This document shows positions 25,906 to 32,841 of a stretch of 32,841 bases of DNA, in pieces. Every line of letters starts with the position of its first letter. Within the stretch, counting starts at the first letter, position 1. A program made the position numbers and the translations under genes. Source of the stretch: Bacteriovoracaceae bacterium. GTDB lineage: Bacteria; Bdellovibrionota; Bacteriovoracia; Bacteriovoracales; Bacteriovoracaceae. The notes under the pieces were generated by a model. That model saw nothing but the letters and a program-made list of their open reading frames with translations, was not told the origin of the DNA and did not search any database. Location: contig JBMYPC010000016.1 of assembly GCA_049599895.1 (NCBI GenBank), positions 1-32,841 of the forward strand, given 5' to 3'.

Positions 25906-26694
25906 TTAAAATCTTTTCCAGCTTAACTTCGAGCTGTTCATCAATAGACCCATAAAAAGAAAAATACCAAAGGCTATGCCAAAATACTGAAGTGGTAAGT
26001 GATGAGGCTTCATTTGAAAAGCTGCAACAGCAAGCCCATAAGAGAGAGCAAGCAACATGAGAAAACTCAAAGAATGAAGTATATGAATCTTTATTCCAGG
26101 ATAGGTTCTTTTAGCATAATGGCGGATTACAAAAAAGGTATTACTTTCAGAACGTACAAGAAAGAAGCCAAGAACAATTATAAACAAAGTCAGAAATCCA
26201 TAACTCAAATTCATTTTGTTTTGAACCAGAAAGTTTCCAAGAGAAAACTCTGTGATTTTTTCTGGCCATCGAATATTACCTATTTCAGCCTCATTGCGAG
26301 TGAGTCTTTTGATATAACTTTGAAGCATCGACTGTGAATCAGAGCCAAGCTTTGGAGAAAAGAAAACCTCAAAGCCAAAATAATCTACTAAAGATTCGAT
26401 TTCAGTATCGTTCATTTCAACACTGCCAAGGAGACTTTTAAGACCATCTTTAATTGCTTCAGCATTAGAGAAATCAATTCGTTCAATGCCAGGAAGATTA
26501 ATAAGCTTCTGCTTTAGCACCTTTGAATCGAAACTTGTCGGTGCGACAACTTGAAAAGATGGCAACAGGTTTGGTGTGCTTTCGGTCTTATAATAAAGAA
26601 AGAAATTAAAAATCATCAAAGGAAGTACTAAAGAAAGAGCTCTCAGTACAAAAAACTTTTTAAAAAGATCAAGATATAACTTTAAATAAAACAT
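25906..26694 (-). CDS. ftsX: Divergent FtsX-like permease
   Basis: 1+3 TM layout with a periplasmic loop (LINLPGIERIDF); lies between ftsE and envC. Confidence 0.55.
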   Translation of the reverse strand: MFYLKLYLDLFKKFFVLRALSLVLPLMIFNFFLYYKTESTPNLLPSFQVVAPTSFDSKVLKQKLINLPGIERIDFSNAEAIKDGLKSLLGSVEMNDTEIESLVDYFGFEVFFSPKLGSDSQSMLQSYIKRLTRNEAEIGNIRWPEKITEFSLGNFLVQNKMNLSYGFLTLFIIVLGFFLVRSESNTFFVIRHYAKRTYPGIKIHILHSLSFLMLLALSYGLAVAAFQMKPHHLPLQYFGIAFGIFLFMGLLMNSSKLSWKRF

Positions 26695-27353
26695 GCCCTT
26701 CCCGCGTGGATCATTCTTCCTTTTTCAAGATGAATTGTTCTTCCAAAATGTTTTCTTGCAAGGGCTTGATCATGAGTGGCCCAAAGAATTGCAAGTTTCT
26801 CTTTATTAGAAAGATAGCTAATAAGGTCATACACTTTTGTTGTTTTCGCCTCATCCATTGCACTTGTTGGTTCATCAAGGAGTGCTAATTCAGGTTTTGT
26901 TAATAGTGTTCGAATAAGGGCCACTAACTGCTGCTCTCCCCCACTCAACTCTGAGACTCTAGAGTCAAGGGCAGGCTTTAAGCTAAAAAAGTTAAGATAC
27001 TCATTCATAAGAGCTTGAAACTTTTTTTGTCCAAGTAGCCCAGTATCAGCATAGGAAAGGTTGTCTTCAACAGTCATTGACTGCAAACAGCGAACATCCT
27101 GAAACAAGAGTGCCATTTCCGTTTCCTCTAATTGCTGGATGAGCTTTCCATTTGTTGGAGAAAGTTCGCCATAGATCAGCTTCATTAAAGTGGACTTCCC
27201 TGCACCTGAAGCTCCGGTGAGGAAAATAAATTCACCACGTCCCATTTCAAAGCTGACCTTTTGCAGGGCCTGCTTTTTTAGGCCATATTTCTTAGAAACT
27301 TCGCGTAAGCAAAATAAAGTTGAAGGAGCTTTTTTAGATAAAGTTCGATTCAT
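26682..27353 (-). CDS. ftsE: FtsE-like ABC ATPase
   Basis: FLTGASGAGKSTL, LSGGEQQ, LLDEPT and ATHD motifs, plus operon context. Confidence 0.8.
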   Translation of the reverse strand: MNRTLSKKAPSTLFCLREVSKKYGLKKQALQKVSFEMGRGEFIFLTGASGAGKSTLMKLIYGELSPTNGKLIQQLEETEMALLFQDVRCLQSMTVEDNLSYADTGLLGQKKFQALMNEYLNFFSLKPALDSRVSELSGGEQQLVALIRTLLTKPELALLDEPTSAMDEAKTTKVYDLISYLSNKEKLAILWATHDQALARKHFGRTIHLEKGRMIHAGRACFI

Positions 27354-27420
27354 TGATTATCCGATGCAAAAATCCATATTCGCAAAAGGGATTAAGTATT
27401 GAAAACTTGAGTGTCATCCC

Positions 27421-27481
27421 TGACTGATAAGGACCCTCTTATCAGTCAAGAAATAATACCTTAATAGTATGGTCAGATCAA
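27421..27481 (-). promoter_or_regulatory. Candidate sigma70 promoter of the ftsE operon followed by a perfect 11-bp inverted repeat
   Basis: TTGATC-N17-TATTAT (27481-27453); TGACTGATAAG-N6-CTTATCAGTCA at 27421-27448. Confidence 0.55.
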
Positions 27482-27539
27482 GCCACTCTGTAGAATCGGG
27501 GTATTTGAGAAAGTAATATAAATGACTGAAAAAATTAAG

Positions 27540-27572
27540 AAAAAAAGAAAGCCCGAGCATGGATCTCAGGCT
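27540..27572 (-). terminator. Rho-independent terminator after the 69-aa gene
   Basis: Minus strand AGCCTGAG-atccatg-CTCGGGCT followed by TTCTTTTTT. Confidence 0.8.
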
Positions 27573-27580
27573 ATTGTTTT

Positions 27581-27790
27581 TTATTGTAGTACTTTTTTAG
27601 ATTTAGATTTTTTCTTTTTATTTGCTGCAGCGATTTGACCGTGGATAACTTTCATCATGATCAAAGCTTCTCTTCTGAATTTGCTTTCGTAAACAAATCT
27701 GTAGAAGTTCTCTACGTCAGATGTTTGCTTAAAGTTTCTTACACCCTTTGTTCCATCTGTAGCAGCATTTGTTGTTGTGGTTGTTGCCAT
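27581..27790 (-). CDS. Small basic hypothetical protein (69 aa)
   Basis: Strong TAAGGAG SD, its own terminator, and a Lys-rich C-terminus. Confidence 0.8.
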   Translation of the reverse strand: MATTTTTNAATDGTKGVRNFKQTSDVENFYRFVYESKFRREALIMMKVIHGQIAAANKKKKSKSKKVLQ

Positions 27791-27865
27791 TTGGGGCTCC
27801 TTATATTTTCAATTTTATTTAGTTCTTAAGAAAAAAATAATCATAGAACATAAAACTCGAAATAA

Positions 27866-27892
27866 GAAGGGTGATGCGGTATCACCCTTTTT
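27866..27892. terminator. Terminator hairpin downstream of the GAF-AAA+ regulator
   Basis: AAGGGTGAT-gcggt-ATCACCCTT with T-rich flanks. Confidence 0.7.
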
Positions 27893-27911
27893 ATCTTTAT
27901 TATGCGTTAGA

Positions 27912-29459
27912 TTATTCTCTGTTTCCAATCATTCCGTAACTATGAAGCTTGTTGTAAAGAGTCTTCACTGTAATCCCAAGCATCTTAGCTGTTTTTGTTT
28001 TGTTTCCACCTAGGTGATCAAGAGTTCGGCAGATGTGCTTTTTCTCTAGTTCATCAAGTGTCATTTCATGGTAGTTGAAGTCTTCTTCATTTGATTGCTC
28101 AGCTTCAACATTTTCTCTAAAAATCGACTCGCTAATGTGGTTCTTTTCAACAATTGGACCGTCAGAAAGGATATAAGCTCTTTCAACAACGTTTTGAAGT
28201 TCTCTTACATTTCCTGGCCATTGGTACTCTCTAAAGGCCTTGATAACACCTGGAGAAAAAGACTTTTGAGAATCTCTCTCTTTTCCTTCGTTGAGAAAGA
28301 AAGTCGCGAGAAGAGCGATATCATCAGTTCTTTCTTTTAATGCAGGAACATTAATGTTGACTGTATTAAGAGCGTAAAAGAGATCTTCTCTAAAAGCGTT
28401 CTTTTCTACTTCTTCTTCTAGGTTCTTAACCGTTGAAGCAAGAATTCTTACGTCGGCTTGGTATGGCATCTGACCATTTACTCTAAATGCCATTCCCTGG
28501 TTGATATAAAGAATAAGTTTTGATTGAAGGTTTGCTGGAAGTTTTGAAATGCTCTTAATAAGAACTGTTCCGCCGTTTGCTTTTTCAAGAACTCCGTTTC
28601 GAACTCTTGTTGTCCCAGTCGCTTCAACAATTTCAACCCCAAAGATTTCTTCTTCTAGTTTGTCTTCAGGAAGTGCACTACAGTCGACCGTTAAGAAACT
28701 GTAATCTTTTCTTTCTGATTGGCAGTGGATTTTTCTGGCAGAAAGCTCTTTCCCACATCCATTCTCTCCAATGATAAGAGCGTTGGCATTTGTCTTTGAA
28801 ACTTTCTCAAGGATACTCTTAAGTCTTACCATTTGATCAGAGTTCCCAATGATATCTTTATCAGAGATTTTAAATGCTGAGTTGAATTGTCCAACAGATT
28901 GTCTTTTACTAAGTTCATTTTCTTTTTCTTCAATTCTTTTGAGAAGAGATTCATTTAAGTGCTTTGCAGAAAGGTACATCTTCATATTAAGAAGTGGGCT
29001 TTTAATCACTTCAAGAATTTCAATAACATTGCTGATATCCATTCTTTCAAATTTTCGCTCACCATTAAATGACTGAAAGTGAATTGTCGCGATCGCAAAG
29101 TTATCAACAACTACTGGAATACAAAGTTCTGATTGAACTCCATCTTTAGACTCACTTACAAAGAGTGGATCTCTTGAAACATTGTTGCTGAAGTATGATT
29201 TTTTAGTACGGATAACGTGACCAGTAGGACCTTGGCCTTTATCTAGTTGTTTTCCATCTTTTACAATTGATCCGTTACAAGCAATAAGTTGTGTCGATTG
29301 GTCATCAAGAACCTTGTAAACCATTACTCGGTCACAAATTACGCACTGGGCCAAAAATTTAGATAATTCGTTAAAGAATAATGACTCATCTAACGTTGAA
29401 AGTAACAATGATGTAAGCTCTTGAATTTCCATTGAAGCTTTGGCCAGAATTCCAGACAT
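27912..29459 (-). CDS. GAF-AAA+-Fis HTH enhancer-binding-protein family regulator, atypical
   Basis: GAF (GPTGHV..SELCIPV), Walker A GENGCGKE, FREDLFY, WPGNVRELQN and HTH (GGNKTKTAKMLGI..KTLYNKL); GAFTGA and Walker B motifs are degenerate. Confidence 0.9.
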   Translation of the reverse strand: MSGILAKASMEIQELTSLLLSTLDESLFFNELSKFLAQCVICDRVMVYKVLDDQSTQLIACNGSIVKDGKQLDKGQGPTGHVIRTKKSYFSNNVSRDPLFVSESKDGVQSELCIPVVVDNFAIATIHFQSFNGERKFERMDISNVIEILEVIKSPLLNMKMYLSAKHLNESLLKRIEEKENELSKRQSVGQFNSAFKISDKDIIGNSDQMVRLKSILEKVSKTNANALIIGENGCGKELSARKIHCQSERKDYSFLTVDCSALPEDKLEEEIFGVEIVEATGTTRVRNGVLEKANGGTVLIKSISKLPANLQSKLILYINQGMAFRVNGQMPYQADVRILASTVKNLEEEVEKNAFREDLFYALNTVNINVPALKERTDDIALLATFFLNEGKERDSQKSFSPGVIKAFREYQWPGNVRELQNVVERAYILSDGPIVEKNHISESIFRENVEAEQSNEEDFNYHEMTLDELEKKHICRTLDHLGGNKTKTAKMLGITVKTLYNKLHSYGMIGNRE

Positions 29460-29585
29460 GATCTTCTCCTTTCCATTGCTTTTAGATAAACCGGTGCCAG
29501 CAGCTTCTCTAAAGCAATTTCGTTTTTTTTGAAACCACTCACTTGTTTCAAAAAATGCTAAGTTTTAAATTTGATTTTTAACCGT

Positions 29586-29632
29586 GTGCGTCAAGCTGTT
29601 TTTATAATACAGTGCGTCTGAAGTTTTTACAA
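29586..29632 (-). promoter_or_regulatory. Candidate sigma70 promoter with GACGCAC direct repeats flanking the -10
   Basis: Minus strand TTGTAA-N17-TATTAT; GTGCGTC on + at 29586-92 and 29612-18. Confidence 0.45.
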
Positions 29633-29682
29633 GAGTTTTTTTGTCGGATAATAAAAAAAAGACAGGGTCTTCGCAAATCTAG

Positions 29683-30975
29683 CTAGTTAGTCCATCTAGG
29701 ACTGATACAATTTTCATCATTAGGGGTAATATTCCCTATAATTTTTCCATCTCGGTCCATTATGTATAAAACTTGGACAGCTTTTCTAGAGGTGATAACC
29801 CGTTGAGATGAGAAAGCGATAAACTCTCCATCCACGGAATAAGTCGGGTCCTCATTGGAACCAAAGTCCTTGGTAAGCCGAACAAGGTTTGATCCATCGC
29901 TACCGATTCGAAATAAATCAAACCGGCTATCCAGCCAGGAGGAAAAGACGATTTCTTTACCATCTGGGGAGAACCTGGGGGTAGCATTGTACTTTCCAAC
30001 AAAGCTGATTCTTTTTACATTTTTTTCCTTCATTGAAGGATCCATCGTGTAAATCATTGGTTTTCCTGGTCTATCAGAAAGAAAAGTTATTAACCTTCCA
30101 TCGTAGGAAATCGAAGGGTCAACATCAAGTGCGTAATGTCCTGTAATTGGAGTAAGGTTCTTTGTGGCCAAATTAAGTTTAAAAATATCTGCATTACCTC
30201 TATGGCTTAATGTCAGGTAGATTTCTTTTCCACCGGGGAGAAAAACAGCTCCAGAGTTGATACCTTTACGGCTTGAGATGATTTCAGATTTTCTTGTTTT
30301 AAGATCAAAGAGGTGAAGATTAATATTTCTTCTTTTGGCCTGATCATTAATTAAACTATAAATCACCTTGCGACCATCCACAGAGGCAGCCGGAGAAATA
30401 ACAAGACCGTTATGTCTTGTTAGTTGTCTTCTTCGTTTTCCATCAAAGTCCATGACAAAGAGTTCTTTAATAGCATCTCTTCCTACCTTTTTAGTTTCAC
30501 AAACTGAAAAGATTCGAGACTTAAAGATAGAGCTCTTTCCCGTTAGTCTTTTATAAATATCATGAGAAATTTCATGCACATAACTTCGATCACTCTCTGA
30601 ATTTTGCGAAAGGACCTGCTCAGAAGTGATTTGAAACTTTTCTCCATTCTCTTGATGGAATAAAACTTGAAGTTGATTTGAGTTATTCACTTCAATTTTG
30701 ATGAATGTCCCCTTGAAGCCTTCTGGCTTTACAAGGTCAAAATCAGAAGAAGAGACTTCAAAATATTTTTGATAAAATTTAAAATTTGAAACAAAGGTTT
30801 CTCTTAACCATTTTTGATGACTTAGGCTCTTCCCTTCAGAGTTAAAAGGACCAGAGATAAAAACTTGCAGCTTTTCAAGTTCAGCCTCACCAACTGCAAT
30901 AATGGACTTCTCTGTATTAGCAAAAACTTGAAGGCTCAAAAAAGAAATGAAAAAAAATATTGTATAACGTTTCAT
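29683..30975 (-). CDS. tolB: Tol-Pal beta-propeller protein TolB
   Basis: Signal peptide, MDFDG..QLT and multiple PD40 repeats (PRFSPDGKEIVF, PTYSVDG, SPRW). Confidence 0.93.
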   Translation of the reverse strand: MKRYTIFFFISFLSLQVFANTEKSIIAVGEAELEKLQVFISGPFNSEGKSLSHQKWLRETFVSNFKFYQKYFEVSSSDFDLVKPEGFKGTFIKIEVNNSNQLQVLFHQENGEKFQITSEQVLSQNSESDRSYVHEISHDIYKRLTGKSSIFKSRIFSVCETKKVGRDAIKELFVMDFDGKRRRQLTRHNGLVISPAASVDGRKVIYSLINDQAKRRNINLHLFDLKTRKSEIISSRKGINSGAVFLPGGKEIYLTLSHRGNADIFKLNLATKNLTPITGHYALDVDPSISYDGRLITFLSDRPGKPMIYTMDPSMKEKNVKRISFVGKYNATPRFSPDGKEIVFSSWLDSRFDLFRIGSDGSNLVRLTKDFGSNEDPTYSVDGEFIAFSSQRVITSRKAVQVLYIMDRDGKIIGNITPNDENCISPRWTN

Positions 30976-31001
30976 GGAAAAATCCTTTTAAATTCAAAAC
31001 T

Positions 31002-31808
31002 CTAAAGAGGAAAGCCTAGTATGAGGTCCCCTCTAATCAGACGATAAACAATCTCCTTGCCTGGTCCAGGTAGTGAAGATCTCCAAATCGCCTCTATTGC
31101 TTTTTTGTCGTAATCGGCGTTGCCGCTACTTTCGATAACTTTTAAATTAATCACTTCACCAGCAGCATTAATAAAGACTTGTATTCGACATTGAAGTCCC
31201 TTATCAATGAGATAGGATGGAAGCTTCCAGTTAATTTTGACAACATCGGGAACTTGAAGAATATAGTTATTAAATTCGGATTCAAGTGCATCAGTGGCTT
31301 CCCCACCGACAAGAGAAGTCCCTTTACTAATCTTATTTCCTTCAAGGATAAGTCCCTTTAACTGATTACGAATTTTAGAATTTATTGGCGAAGAACTATT
31401 GGAACTTGTCTTTTTCTTAGTCTTCTTTGGGCTCTTTTTCTGTTTATTGACCTTCACTTTTTTCTGACTCAGGTTCTTAATAAGATCCTGAAAAGATGTC
31501 TTCTTTTTTGCTTTTAAAAAATCATTCTCGCTAGGAGGCTGGACTTTCGTAGGAGCCTTTTCTTTTTGCGTCTCAACAACTTCTCCGCCTCCGCCCTGAG
31601 ACAGTTTTGATAAAGCCTTAAGCTCTTGAAGTGTATGTTTTGGCATTCCCACAACATCGACCCGTATCGAATTTTTAACAAGTTTTGTATTTGAAAGATT
31701 GAGGCTTTTTTTATCTGTCCCCTTCATCTGATAACCAATCATCAAAAGAAGAACAAGGGCATGAAGCCCAAGAGATTTTTTAATGTTGATTTCAGAATCG
31801 TTTATCAT
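31002..31808 (-). CDS. tolA: TolA/TonB-family energy transducer
   Basis: N-terminal TM with S-x3-H motif (SLGLH), Lys-rich linker, C-terminal domain (NWKLP, SSGNADYDKKAIEAI). Confidence 0.8.
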   Translation of the reverse strand: MINDSEINIKKSLGLHALVLLLMIGYQMKGTDKKSLNLSNTKLVKNSIRVDVVGMPKHTLQELKALSKLSQGGGGEVVETQKEKAPTKVQPPSENDFLKAKKKTSFQDLIKNLSQKKVKVNKQKKSPKKTKKKTSSNSSSPINSKIRNQLKGLILEGNKISKGTSLVGGEATDALESEFNNYILQVPDVVKINWKLPSYLIDKGLQCRIQVFINAAGEVINLKVIESSGNADYDKKAIEAIWRSSLPGPGKEIVYRLIRGDLILGFPL

Positions 31809-31825
31809 GAACTTTCAAACCCCTC

Positions 31826-32239
31826 TTATTTTGGAGATTTTTCAATTTCTGTCACCAAAGCAATTTGTGAAAAGCCATTTTTCTTTAAAAATGACATTAG
31901 CTTAGCAACAAATCCATACTTCAAAGTTTCATCAGCTCTTAAAAAAACGACTTCTGTCCCAGTTCTTTTAAGTTCACTTTGAAGATATTGAATGAGTTCA
32001 TCTTTAAGAATTTTCTTTTTCCCGACATAAAACTCTTGCGATTGCGTATAGGAAAGAACGATCTGCTCAGAGTTCAGATTTATGGGATTGACCTCCCTTG
32101 TCTTGGGAAGGTTCAGTTGAATCCCATTAAACATAAGAGGGGCGGTAATCATAAAAATAACAAGAAGTACTAACATGACGTCTACAAAAGGAGTCACGTT
32201 GATGTCGTTAAATAGTCCTTTGTTTCCTGAAAATGCCAA
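31826..32239 (-). CDS. tolR: TolR/ExbD protein
   Basis: INVTPFVDVMLVLLVIFMITAP and LRADE..YG motifs; TTG start. Confidence 0.92.
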   Translation of the reverse strand: MAFSGNKGLFNDINVTPFVDVMLVLLVIFMITAPLMFNGIQLNLPKTREVNPINLNSEQIVLSYTQSQEFYVGKKKILKDELIQYLQSELKRTGTEVVFLRADETLKYGFVAKLMSFLKKNGFSQIALVTEIEKSPK

Positions 32240-32254
32240 ACTCAGCCCCCTTTT

Positions 32255-32841
32255 TTATATCAATGTTCTCTCAACCATATTGATGAAATCGCGCTTAAAG
32301 TTTTTCATCTGCTCAAGCTCGACCTGCACCACGGAACTATAATGATTGAAATATAAAACCGCCGGAATAGCCACCGCGAGACCGATGGCCGTGGCAATGA
32401 GAGCCTCTGCAAGTCCAGGGGCGATGGTTTCGATTGTCGCTCCACCGCTAGCAAAAGCAGAAAATGAGTCCATGATTCCCCAGACTGTTCCGAGGAGTCC
32501 GATAAACGGAGCTGATGAGCCCACACTTGCAAGAAAGGTCATCTTTTTTTCTAAAAGGATTTGAGACCTTGAAATTCCGTTATCAAGCGCTCTTTCTAAG
32601 TTATCAACCCCAAGGTCAATAAAGTGTTGTTTCAAAACTTGTTTGGATTTTTCACTATCAACTTCACTGGATATGTCTTTTAACTTTCGAAGCTCTGAAT
32701 ATCCTTCCTCAAAAACGATCTTAAGAGTTGAATCCTCGAGTCCTGCACATTGGGTTTGAATCTCACCAAGTTTTTGAGTTTCTCTAAAGATGGTAGAAAA
32801 TTTTTGATTAAGGAGCGCATTATTTTTAAAAAGAGATCTCT
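32255..32841 (-). CDS. tolQ: TolQ/ExbB proton channel, 5'-truncated by window edge
   Basis: APFIGLLGTVWGIM and APGLAEALIATAIGLAVAIPA motifs; frame is open to the window end. Confidence 0.92.
   Translation of the reverse strand, partial: RSLFKNNALLNQKFSTIFRETQKLGEIQTQCAGLEDSTLKIVFEEGYSELRKLKDISSEVDSEKSKQVLKQHFIDLGVDNLERALDNGISRSQILLEKKMTFLASVGSSAPFIGLLGTVWGIMDSFSAFASGGATIETIAPGLAEALIATAIGLAVAIPAVLYFNHYSSVVQVELEQMKNFKRDFINMVERTLI

Noticed and set aside
29483..29500. TGGCAC upstream of the GAF-AAA+ regulator as a sigma54 promoter
   Set aside because: The -12 position reads TATC rather than TTGC; no GC at the required spacing.
1..32841. CRISPR array, tRNA or rRNA genes, introns or inteins
   Set aside because: No regularly spaced repeats, cloverleaf or rRNA signatures were seen, and DnaB is of normal length.

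Overview
AT-rich bacterial chromosomal window made up mostly of core genes. Gene content and order suggest a marine predatory Bdellovibrionota (Bacteriovoracia/Halobacteriovorax-like); this is an inference. The window contains, in order: the 3' end of pheA, a WYL-domain regulator, an RluA-family pseudouridine synthase, a PomAB-type flagellar stator, an ankyrin protein, a pabB-like gene, dnaB-rplI-DUF2232 with a fused rpsF-rpsR gene, rng, a nucleoside salvage cluster (nupC, pdp, punA), a DEDDh exonuclease, crcB, a HisKA protein, xseA, ctpA, envC-ftsX-ftsE, a GAF-AAA+-HTH regulator and tolQRAB. The most notable observations are five. (1) A single ORF fuses ribosomal proteins S6 and S18 and is preceded by a candidate S6:S18 autoregulatory RNA leader. 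(2) A small structured repeat with TATA at both ends occurs twice; one copy interrupts a secreted-protein gene whose reading frame is restored when the copy is removed in silico. (3) A putative toxin-antitoxin pair (nucleotidyltransferase plus ribbon-helix-helix protein) has a leaderless promoter overlapped by a perfect 18-bp palindrome. (4) The pseudogene, one repeat copy and the pair lie together in an accessory islet between rpsF and rng. (5) Several proteins have lost their canonical catalytic or ligand-binding motifs (sigma54-type activator, histidine kinase, WYL, GIY-YIG-like domain). No rRNA, tRNA or CRISPR array was recognised.
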